Assembly: GCA_964418485.1 (NCBI GenBank)
Contig: CAYQMH010000004.1
Span: forward strand, 2,173-66,172
Reading direction: 5' to 3'
Length of the DNA stretch: 64,000 bases
Source: an uncultured bacterium
GTDB lineage: Bacteria > Hydrothermota > UBA3072
This document shows, one piece after another, positions 45,616 to 53,725 of this stretch (positions are counted from its first letter, which is position 1; every line of letters begins with the position of its first letter). The translations under genes were made by a program, and so were the position numbers. The notes under the pieces were generated by a model. It saw nothing but the letters and a program-made list of their open reading frames with translations, did no database searches and was not told the DNA's origin.

Positions 45616-46614
45616 ATGAAAGATATTGCTTGTAAAGATAACACAATAGCTGAAGAGAAGGGACTGCCCTATCCAATAGTATTATATCCCAAGCATTATG
45701 GAGTATTTATAGGCTTTAAAAGGAATCTTACAGATTCACAAGTTTTTTTCTGCTCATGTTTTAAAGAAGCAATAGTGAATTACATAAAGCATCAACTGGA
45801 AAATCCTAGTATTGGAACATATGGTAATGGTCAAAAAAAATTCTTTCTGGATTATGGTAAGTTTCCTACGAACTTTATTCAGCAGATAAAAAATTATCCA
45901 CAAAACGATAAAATTGTACAAATGTTTCACTTTGAAAACAAACTATGTCACGGATGTAATAATTCTACGCCTTCATATAGATATTGTCATGAAATGTATG
46001 GCTCGGTTTTCAAACAAAATTATGGATGGTACATTAATAAACAAGCCTATGAATGGGGTATTATAGGAAATGAAGTTAATTTTAAATTATGCCCGGATGA
46101 AATCATAGACTTATTAAAAATAGAGCGTAAAGAGTACTTTAATTTGTTCCAAGAACTCATATCAAGTAAAAAGTTAGAAAAAGCGCTTGAATTACAGAGT
46201 AAATTTAATAAACAACAAAGAAAAATCTGGAATGTTATAGAAAATGAAGTTAGAGGAAGATTTGGACATAAGAAAATAGGGGAAGCATGGACTAGTGAAA
46301 CAATCCTTTATTACATAATTGAAAAACTTTATCCGGAAAGAACTATATTTCGTCATTTTCGCCCAGAATTTCTGGAAGGATTAGAAATAGATATATTTAT
46401 AAAAGAATTTAATTTAGGCATCGAATATCAGGGAATACAACATTATAAACCAGTAAAACATTGGGGAGGAGAAGCTGCGTTAAAAAAATTAAAAGAGAGA
46501 GATGATAAAAAGAAAAAAATTTGCGAATCACAAAATATAAATTTGATTTACTTTAAGTACGATGAGGATCTAAGTGAAGAATTTGTTTCGAATAGACTTA
46601 AACAATATATCTAA
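45616..46614 (+). CDS. Cys-rich N-terminal domain fused to a DUF559/Vsr-like PD-(D/E)xK endonuclease domain
   Basis: C-terminal 'FRHFRPEFLEGLEIDIFIKEFNLGIEYQGIQHY...ERDDKKKKICESQNINLIYFKYDE' matches the DUF559 pattern (..vDF....l.IE.DG.qH...D..RD..L...G..vlRf); N-terminal Cys/His clusters 'FFCSCF', 'CHGCNNS', 'YCHEMYG', 'CPDE'. Confidence 0.55.
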   Translation: MKDIACKDNTIAEEKGLPYPIVLYPKHYGVFIGFKRNLTDSQVFFCSCFKEAIVNYIKHQLENPSIGTYGNGQKKFFLDYGKFPTNFIQQIKNYPQNDKIVQMFHFENKLCHGCNNSTPSYRYCHEMYGSVFKQNYGWYINKQAYEWGIIGNEVNFKLCPDEIIDLLKIERKEYFNLFQELISSKKLEKALELQSKFNKQQRKIWNVIENEVRGRFGHKKIGEAWTSETILYYIIEKLYPERTIFRHFRPEFLEGLEIDIFIKEFNLGIEYQGIQHYKPVKHWGGEAALKKLKERDDKKKKICESQNINLIYFKYDEDLSEEFVSNRLKQYI

Positions 46615-46659
46615 CAACATAAAATCCCTGCTAATCGTGTCCTTATCCTGTCTTGTATT

Positions 46660-46822
46660 AGGGTTATGGGATTGGTTTCGAACAACACAAATATATTTTT
46701 TTCTTCGTGCCTTAGTATCTTTGTGTGAGATTGATTTTGGGTCGGGGGTTGGGTATTAACGAAAAAAATCTCTGTGTGCTCTGTGTGTTTGGTTTTTCTC
46801 TGTGCTCTCTGTGGTTCAATCT
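46660..46822. repeat. Composite intergenic repeat, reverse orientation (CTTCGTGCCTTAG - CTTTGTG - GGGTCGGGGGTTGGG - CTCTGTG array)
   Basis: cttcgtgccttagtatctttgtgtgag..ttgggtcgggggttgggtatt..ctctgtgtgctctgtgtg..ttctctgtgctctctgtgg. Confidence 0.85.
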
Positions 46823-46889
46823 TTTTTTCTATGGTTTTTATACCAGGGCTATACTTGACTTTCTTTCGGGTTTGCCTTATTATTTTTAT

Positions 46890-47237
46890 ATGAGAACATT
46901 AGAAGAAATAAAAGTATTAAGGAAAAACGAAAAGGAAGCATTGAGTGAATTAAAATCTCAACTTAAACAGAGAATTCCGGATGCGGAAATTATATTATAT
47001 GGTTCAAAAGCAAGAGGAGATTCTGAAGAGTTGTCGGATATAGATATATTGATTCTTATAGATAAAAAGGTAGATAGAAAACTAAAAGAAAAAATCGTTG
47101 ACATAAGGTATGATATCGAATTGAAATATGATGTTGTCTTTGGACTTGTTATTGAAAATAAGGATTTCTGGGATTCTTCGTTAGCTAACGCAATGCCTTT
47201 CCATAAGAATATAGAGAGAGAAGGTGTTCTTCTTTGA
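46890..47237 (+). CDS. Minimal nucleotidyltransferase (MNT) family protein, TA-antitoxin-like
   Basis: 'ILYGSKARGDSEELSDIDILILID' = GSxARG..(S)D[IV]D NTase signature; start chosen at MRTLEE. Confidence 0.8.
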   Translation: MRTLEEIKVLRKNEKEALSELKSQLKQRIPDAEIILYGSKARGDSEELSDIDILILIDKKVDRKLKEKIVDIRYDIELKYDVVFGLVIENKDFWDSSLANAMPFHKNIEREGVLL

Positions 47238-47641
47238 AAAAAGAGTTTATAGATCTCACAAAATACAGATTAGAGAAAGCGCAGAATACACTATCAGACG
47301 CAAAGAAATATATCGAAGAAGCTACTCCTGAATCAACAGTAAACAGAATTTATTATGCAATGTTTTACGCGGTTAATGCTTTACTCATAGCAAATGGTTT
47401 ATCATCTACAAAACATTCCGGAGTTAGAGCTATTTTCAATAAAGAATTTATAAACGAGGGACTAGTAAAAAAAGAGCTCGGCAAATTTTACTCCGAGATG
47501 TTTGACAATCGGCAGGAAGGCGATTACAGAGATTTTGTAAAATTCGAAAAGGAGGACGTGAAGTTTTGGCTTGAGAAAGCCACTGAGTTTGTAGACGTAG
47601 TCGAAAGTCTGACCAACAAAGCGATTAAAGAAAGTAAGTAA
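47234..47641 (+). CDS. HEPN-domain protein (PF05168-type), partner of the MNT
   Basis: 135 aa; 'VNRIYYAMFYAVNALLIANGL..KHSGV' typical HEPN helical core; overlaps the MNT stop. Confidence 0.75.
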   Translation: MKKEFIDLTKYRLEKAQNTLSDAKKYIEEATPESTVNRIYYAMFYAVNALLIANGLSSTKHSGVRAIFNKEFINEGLVKKELGKFYSEMFDNRQEGDYRDFVKFEKEDVKFWLEKATEFVDVVESLTNKAIKESK

Positions 47642-47709
47642 AATATTTTAGAAACCACGATTACAGCATATCATAAAAATAAACTTTTAACTTAAAAAAC
47701 AAATAAAAA

Positions 47710-47905
47710 ACTTTGTGTCTTTGTGCCTTAGTGGCAAAATTAGGATTTCGGATTTAGGGGATGGGATTTAGTAAAAAAAGATTTGTGTCATTCGTGTTAT
47801 TTGTTGTTTCTAATCTTGGGAGGTGGGTGTTAAACAAATTATGATTCTTTGTTGTTTCTCTGTGTTCTCTGTGTGTTTAGTTCTTCCTCTGTGGTCTCTG
47901 TGGTT
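47710..47905. repeat. Composite intergenic repeat, reverse orientation; internal segment homologous to 53540-53650
   Basis: ctttgtgtctttgtgccttagtggc..attaggatttcggatttaggggatgggatttag..gatttgtgtcattcgtgttatttgttgtttc..gggaggtgggtg..ttctctgtgttctctgtgtg..ctctgtggtctctgtgg. Confidence 0.85.
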
Positions 47906-49067
47906 AAAAAGCGAAAAATAAATATCCGCCGATGTCGAAACCATTCTCGTTTGTCAGGCCATAAATGTAATCACCTTCTATGCCCACTTTTAAATTGTTT
48001 CTTAAGGCATAACCTAAATCGGCGCCGATAAAGTAATTTTCGGTACCGTTGCTGTATCCGTATATATTAGCACTTATTAATTCTGAAAAAACGGTACTTA
48101 AACCAGCCCTCAAGATATAATCGTAACCGGATTCTAAGGGGTATTCAAATTCAAAAAATGTTTCTCTATATGTTCCTTTTACACCGATAAAGTCTGAAGA
48201 GTTGTTTAAATAGTGAGAATAGATCAGAGATAATGGTAAAATACTTTTTGATTGACCGGACTCTACTCTGTAATATGTATCGGTCGACGCGTATTCACGC
48301 AGGTACTGCGGAGATTGGCAGTATAAATAAGCGGTTCCTGTTTTATTCAATAGATTCCCTTTTATATATAGGTCATAAATCGGCAAAAAGTAAATTAATT
48401 CGGGGTAGACCTTCTCATCGAACCAGACTGCACCGGCTTGAATAGGATATTTTTCGTATAAAACTTTTGCATTGAAATCTATGAAAAATCCAGCCTGGAT
48501 ATTAAACTTAAATGGACTATATTTAAAGTTGATATCGGCAACTCCTATGAGTGTATCGGAGTATACACCGGAAAAATCAAAATCGATTAAATCATATATG
48601 TTTCCTATATTGAATTTATAAACCGGTTTATGTAATTCTCCGCCGTAGACAGCTCCGTTAACGTAAAAATTTTCTACAGAAGTTCTTGAGAAAATTTGTA
48701 TGGATGAGTTTTCTGCGGTAGAGTTCCGGGTAGAATTCAATCCGACTTCCAGGGGATAAAAAATTTTTCTGCTGTAACCGAGAAGATAACCTCTGAAATA
48801 TGTTCCGGCAACGCCTTCCGCCCGTAAGCCTATATTTCTATCAATTATTTTTTTATCTCTAACTTCGAAGACGGGCAACCCTTTTTTAGTATTTATGATG
48901 GAAGGTGGAAGATATTCTGACTCAAACGGCAAAGACTGTTTTTTTATGGGTTTGACTTTAATTTTTCTCTCCCCGTACACTTTTACTTCGGGAATATCCA
49001 GAATGTCAGCATTTAAATTAGATACTAAGAAAATTAAAATTGTAGAAAAAGCTGAAATCTTTCTCAT
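47904..49067 (-). CDS. Outer-membrane beta-barrel protein, hypothetical
   Basis: Signal peptide 'MRKISAFSTILIFLVSNLNA'; alternating beta-strand pattern; C-terminal 'YLFFAF'. Confidence 0.5.
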   Translation of the reverse strand: MRKISAFSTILIFLVSNLNADILDIPEVKVYGERKIKVKPIKKQSLPFESEYLPPSIINTKKGLPVFEVRDKKIIDRNIGLRAEGVAGTYFRGYLLGYSRKIFYPLEVGLNSTRNSTAENSSIQIFSRTSVENFYVNGAVYGGELHKPVYKFNIGNIYDLIDFDFSGVYSDTLIGVADINFKYSPFKFNIQAGFFIDFNAKVLYEKYPIQAGAVWFDEKVYPELIYFLPIYDLYIKGNLLNKTGTAYLYCQSPQYLREYASTDTYYRVESGQSKSILPLSLIYSHYLNNSSDFIGVKGTYRETFFEFEYPLESGYDYILRAGLSTVFSELISANIYGYSNGTENYFIGADLGYALRNNLKVGIEGDYIYGLTNENGFDIGGYLFFAF

Positions 49068-51829
49068 TTCTTTAACTCGGAAATTTTGCTCTTAGCTTTT
49101 GTTAGCCAGGGTTCTTCGGCTCTTTCTACTATTTCTTTTAAATAATTTAGAGCCCTTTCTTTATCGCTCCTTTTAATCATTATTTCTGACAGAAGATAGA
49201 GAGACGCGGATACCCATTCACTTTCAGGATGGAGGTATCTGACTTTTAGAAGTATTTTTAAAGCTTCTTCCTCCTTACCTGTGTCTAATAATATTTTACC
49301 CTTGAGATATTGAGCCTCGGCTTCCGAGCGTTCAAAATTCATAGCTTCTTCGAGATTTTTCAAAGCGGAAGTGAAATCTTTACGATCGATTAGTATTTTG
49401 GCGAGTTCGATGTAGGCAAGACCATCAGCTTGACCTCTTAATTCTAATAATCTTTTGGTGGCTTCTTTCTCGTTTCCTTCTTTTTTTAAGGACAACGCGT
49501 ACAGAAGAGATGCTTCAGGTAATGATGATTTCATGAAGTATTCTTTTGCTTTGCCCGGATTTCCCGAATTAAACTCGATTCTGCCAAGTTCCAAAAAAGC
49601 TTTATCTTTGAATTCGCTAGATTTTGAGGCTTTTGTTAAAAAGCGAATTGCTTGGTCTTTTCTTCCCATTTTTAGGAAAGCAAGTCCCGCTTTATAATAA
49701 CTGTCGGGTTCATCGGAATATTCGAGATAAGTTATCGACTCGTTGTATTTTCCTGAATTAAATAAAATATTGCCAACAAGGCTATTAACTTTTCCTTCCA
49801 GTCCGCTGCCGCTTAATTTTCTCAGCAAATCTCTTCCTTCCTTTTCCATTTCGGAACTTCCCGATAACTTATTCACAGATAGCAGGATGCCTTGTATTCC
49901 CAAAAGAGTTAGCGAAGAAGCGTTAACGCCGGAAAGTTTTTCTTTTGTCAGGTCAAATGCTTTTGTGTAGTATTTATATGCAGAGTCGAATTTTGCCTGG
50001 TCAAAATAATTATCGCCAAGTAGTAAGAAAGATTCTGTTAAAATTTCGGCATCATAAGATTCGGCAATCATTGAATATAATTGTTCGTTGGAAGCTCTCA
50101 GATCATTGTTTTTTCTTAAGGTAAGAGCGGTATAATAGGAACTTATCTGGCTGTATTCCGAGAGGGAAAAGTTCTTTTTTATGTTTACAAATTCTTCTAT
50201 TGCTTTGTTATATTCTTTGTTTTCAAGTAACATTTTTCCGAGATTGAACAGGGCTTCCGGTTTTCGTTCTCCCTTTACCTGGCGGTAAGCGCGCTCCGCG
50301 GATTTTAAATCACCCATTGCATTAGCCGCGTTTCCGAGCTGGAGATATATTTCTGCTCTACTGCAAAAATCAGGGAACTTCTCCGATAATTCTTCGAGAT
50401 TATGGAAAGCCATATCGTATCTCTTGAGCCCCATCCACGCCCATCCCTTTGCTTCCAGTACATACGGGGTTAAATCGGGACACTCTTCTAAGTTGATTTT
50501 GTTATATTCTTCCAGAGCTTTTCTGTATTCTTTTGTGCTTTGATAAATATCGCCTTTTAGCATATGGACTTTATGGATTTCGTTTCCTTTCGGAAATTTT
50601 TGTTCGTAAGATTCTAAAAGGCTTAAAGCGTTTTCAAACTCATTTAATTTTTTCTTTGTTACGGCGGCTTGAAATAGTGCAAGATTTACGGAGCCCTGAT
50701 TTTTTTCGACTACTTCCATAAACTTTGAATATGCATCACCGTATTTTCCCTGAATTAGTAAAATGTTTCCTATCTCAACGCGTGACTCATCCCATAAGTC
50801 TCCCGCAATGTTGTTCAAATATTCCATGGCCTGTTTGTAATCCCCGAGTTTTTTGTAAATTCGAGCAATTTCAAAAAGGGCTTCATTTCGGAGGGTGGAA
50901 CTATTTTTACTTACCAGGTGCAGGTTTAAGAGCGATTCTTCAGTTTTTCCCTGTTTATTCAAAGATAGTGATTTCCAGTACATCGCGTCCAGGAAATAAG
51001 GATCGCTTCCCGATAGTTTATCAAAATATTCTATGGCTTTATCATAATTACCCCTTTCATACTCTATTAAGCCTATTCTATAATTAGAAAAACCCGAAAG
51101 AGAGGGGTCGGCGATTGCGACTTTTTGCTGATATTGAATTGCTTTTTCTATATTTCCGTTGTTTTCGTTAATATCGGCAAGGTATGAATACGCGCGGGCG
51201 GTATATTTGCCTTCGGGATATTCTGCTAAGTATTCGGTAAAAGCTTTTTCTGAATTTTTATCCTTGGAGAGAAAAAGTGATTTTGCGTTAAGAAAAGTTC
51301 CTTCTTCTTCGTATTCTCCTTTAAGTCCCGAGAAAATAGATGCTGCTTTTTCGTAATTTTTTAAAGCCATATAAGCCCATCCTATACTTAATTTGCTGTA
51401 GGGGAGAGAGGATTTTGAATAATGTGCTAAAGCCTGTTGGTAATCTCCTTTACCGTAGTAGGCTTCTCCCAGATACAATTCTCTTTTATTCTTATCTGTG
51501 ATACTTTTTATTACTTCTATCGCCGGATCAAAATTATTTAATTTTATTTCAGTTTTGGCCCACTCTATGAGTAAATCTTCCTTTTTGGAAGGATATTTAA
51601 AAACAAATTCTTTACATTTTACGATAGCTTTTTCAAAACTTCCCTGCTGATTTAGTGTTTTGACTAACATAACGGAAGCTTCCGGAGCGAATATGCTGTT
51701 AGGGTAGTTGTTTATGAAATCTACAAGTTCTGTTTCCGCGAGGTCGTAAAGGCCATCTTCGAAAAGCCCTTTCGCGTATTTGAATTCGTTTAACGGATTG
51801 AGCGATAAAATGAGCAGAAGAAAATTCAT
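49064..51829 (-). CDS. Tetratricopeptide-repeat protein (921 aa)
   Basis: Repeated TPR consensus (W-LG-Y..A..A-F..A-P) across the whole length; N-terminal signal-like segment. Confidence 0.75.
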   Translation of the reverse strand: MNFLLLILSLNPLNEFKYAKGLFEDGLYDLAETELVDFINNYPNSIFAPEASVMLVKTLNQQGSFEKAIVKCKEFVFKYPSKKEDLLIEWAKTEIKLNNFDPAIEVIKSITDKNKRELYLGEAYYGKGDYQQALAHYSKSSLPYSKLSIGWAYMALKNYEKAASIFSGLKGEYEEEGTFLNAKSLFLSKDKNSEKAFTEYLAEYPEGKYTARAYSYLADINENNGNIEKAIQYQQKVAIADPSLSGFSNYRIGLIEYERGNYDKAIEYFDKLSGSDPYFLDAMYWKSLSLNKQGKTEESLLNLHLVSKNSSTLRNEALFEIARIYKKLGDYKQAMEYLNNIAGDLWDESRVEIGNILLIQGKYGDAYSKFMEVVEKNQGSVNLALFQAAVTKKKLNEFENALSLLESYEQKFPKGNEIHKVHMLKGDIYQSTKEYRKALEEYNKINLEECPDLTPYVLEAKGWAWMGLKRYDMAFHNLEELSEKFPDFCSRAEIYLQLGNAANAMGDLKSAERAYRQVKGERKPEALFNLGKMLLENKEYNKAIEEFVNIKKNFSLSEYSQISSYYTALTLRKNNDLRASNEQLYSMIAESYDAEILTESFLLLGDNYFDQAKFDSAYKYYTKAFDLTKEKLSGVNASSLTLLGIQGILLSVNKLSGSSEMEKEGRDLLRKLSGSGLEGKVNSLVGNILFNSGKYNESITYLEYSDEPDSYYKAGLAFLKMGRKDQAIRFLTKASKSSEFKDKAFLELGRIEFNSGNPGKAKEYFMKSSLPEASLLYALSLKKEGNEKEATKRLLELRGQADGLAYIELAKILIDRKDFTSALKNLEEAMNFERSEAEAQYLKGKILLDTGKEEEALKILLKVRYLHPESEWVSASLYLLSEIMIKRSDKERALNYLKEIVERAEEPWLTKAKSKISELKK

Positions 51830-52311
51830 TTCTTTACCTCCTCACATAGAGAAACGCAGTAACAGGCAATAGCTTCGTTTTTCCCGATACTGCCCAGACC
51901 TTCATTTGTTTTCGCTTTTACGGAAACATTAGACATATCTATACCAACAGTTTCCGCGATATTTTTTCGCATGGAGGAGATGTAAGGAGCCATTTTTGGT
52001 GACTCAGCTACTATTGTTGTATCGATGTTGATAACTTTACCGGGAATTATCTGCATCGTTTGCTTAAGTAGAAATAAGCTTGAGGCATCTTTAAAGGTAT
52101 CGTCAGTGTCGGGAAAGTATATACCAATATCATTTAGAGCAAAGGCGCCGAGGAGTGAGTCTATGATTGCGTGTATGAGTACATCCGCGTCTGAATGTCC
52201 GAGAAGTCCGAGATGGTTTTCTATTTCAACTCCTCCTATTATGAGTTTCCGATTTTCTGCCAACCGGTGAATATCGTATCCGAAACCTATTCGCATATTC
52301 ATTAATGCCAA
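51826..52311 (-). CDS. ispF: 2-C-methyl-D-erythritol 2,4-cyclodiphosphate synthase
   Basis: 'RIGFGYDIHRL', 'GHSDADVLIHAI' Zn-binding motifs. Confidence 0.9.
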   Translation of the reverse strand: MALMNMRIGFGYDIHRLAENRKLIIGGVEIENHLGLLGHSDADVLIHAIIDSLLGAFALNDIGIYFPDTDDTFKDASSLFLLKQTMQIIPGKVINIDTTIVAESPKMAPYISSMRKNIAETVGIDMSNVSVKAKTNEGLGSIGKNEAIACYCVSLCEEVKK

Positions 52312-52349
52312 TATTAATACCTAAAATAAAAGCTTTTGTCAAGGGAGAC

Positions 52350-52580
52350 CGACCCACAACCTTAAAACAACAAAAATATTCTCACACAAAGACACAAAGA
52401 ACACAAAGCCCTTCCACACAACCCTTATATTATGTTTGTTTTAACTTCCCAACCGCCTAACTTTCTAACGTCCTAACTAAAATAATTACCCCAGAGAACA
52501 CAGAGGAAAAAAACTCACAGAGACCACAGAGTTTTTTGTTGTTTTTTTTAACTGCTAACTACTCTCTATTTACTATTTAA
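52350..52580. repeat. Composite intergenic repeat (CACAAAG array - CCCTTCCACACAACCC - CTAACT units - CACAGAG array - TTAACTGCTAACT)
   Basis: ctcacacaaagacacaaagaacacaaagcccttccacacaaccc..ctaactttctaacgtcctaact..ccccagagaacacagagg..ctcacagagaccacagag..ttaactgctaactac. Confidence 0.85.
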
Positions 52581-52581
52581 A

Positions 52582-53373
52582 TTATCGTCCTATCTCTTTC
52601 TGAACCAGATGTTTATTGTCCCGCACCCAGTTATAATACTCTGTTCTTTTAAGTTTGGAAGCTGCATCCTTATCCAAAACAACATTTACATAACTATGCA
52701 GCTGTAAAGCGCTGGCCGTTATTTGACTTGTTACGGGTCCTTCGATGAATTTGGCACAGACGTCAGCTTTCTTTTTTCCGTTTGCTATAAGAAGTGTTTT
52801 TTTAGCTTCCAAGATAGTTCCTATCCCTATAGTAATAGCAAAACGAGGTACATCTTTCATGTTATCGAAGAAACGAGCATTATCTTCTATTGTTTGTTTA
52901 TATAATGCCTTTATTCGCGTGCGGCTGGCAAAGGAAGATCCCGGTTCATTAAAAGCAATATGTCCATCAGCTCCAATACCAAGTATTTGAAGATCTATAC
53001 CGCCTACTTTTTTAATTTGTACTTCATACCAGGTACAGAATTGTTCAGGGTCTTTTATATTTCCCTGTGGTATAAAAACATTTTCCGGGTTTATATTAAT
53101 ATGTTTAAACAGGTTTTCCCACATAAAATAGTTATAACTGTTTTTGTGTAACGGAGCCAGCCCCAGGTATTCATCTAAATTGAAAGATTTTACTTTAGAG
53201 AAATCCAATCCTTCTTCTTTATGTATTCTTACGAGTTCTTTGTAGGTGCCAATAGGCGTATCTCCAGTTGCCAGGCCTAATACAAGATCATGTTTTTTTC
53301 TGATTTCTTCAGCAATTATTTGAGCAGATACTCTGCTCATTTCATCGTAATTAGAAGCAATAGTTATTTCCAT
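52582..53373 (-). CDS. nagB: Glucosamine-6-phosphate deaminase
   Basis: 'LGLATGDTP', 'ILGIGADGHIAFNEPGSS'. Confidence 0.85.
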   Translation of the reverse strand: MEITIASNYDEMSRVSAQIIAEEIRKKHDLVLGLATGDTPIGTYKELVRIHKEEGLDFSKVKSFNLDEYLGLAPLHKNSYNYFMWENLFKHININPENVFIPQGNIKDPEQFCTWYEVQIKKVGGIDLQILGIGADGHIAFNEPGSSFASRTRIKALYKQTIEDNARFFDNMKDVPRFAITIGIGTILEAKKTLLIANGKKKADVCAKFIEGPVTSQITASALQLHSYVNVVLDKDAASKLKRTEYYNWVRDNKHLVQKEIGR

Positions 53374-53460
53374 AATATTACCTACCCCCTTTTATTTTAT
53401 TTTGAACTTTTGGTTTTTAAAAATAATTATTCTTTTCGGTTTGTCAACAGCAGTATAATA

Positions 53461-53690
53461 GTTAGTAGAAAGTAGAGAGTAGTGAGTAGTAAAAAAACAA
53501 AAAATCTTGTGACAATCTGTGTAATCTTGTGGCAATTTTTAGGGATTAGGATTTTGGGTTTGGGATTTAGAAAAAACAAACAAGAAATATTTGTGTGATT
53601 TGTGCTATTCGTTGTTCCTTGTTTTTATTTTTGAAATTTGATTTGTAGTTTTGTATTTTGATATTTGATTTTTACATTTTTTTGAAGCCT
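53461..53690. repeat. Intergenic repeat (GTAGWGA tandem; GGATTAGGATTTTGGGTTTGGGATTTAG; TTGTGTGATTTGTGCTATTCGTTGTTCC)
   Basis: gttagtagaaagtagagagtagtgagtag..ttagggattaggattttgggtttgggatttag..atttgtgtgatttgtgctattcgttgttcc..tttgatttgtagttttgtattttgatatttgattttt. Confidence 0.8.
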
Positions 53691-53725
53691 TGCGGATGTT
53701 GAGAAATAATCTTAATTTATAATCT

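Noticed and set aside
46574-46759. Small ORFs 46574-46759, 47849-48031, 34588-34794, 20353-20547, 50725-51087
   Set aside because: Their reading frames are composed of or overlap intergenic repeat sequence, or are nested in another gene on the same strand. Low-complexity translations, no RBS.
11588-53690. CACAGAG/CACAAAG tandem arrays as CRISPR arrays
   Set aside because: The units are 9-10 bp, degenerate and contiguous with no unique spacers. They lack the 24-48 bp repeat/spacer periodicity of CRISPR, and no cas genes are present.
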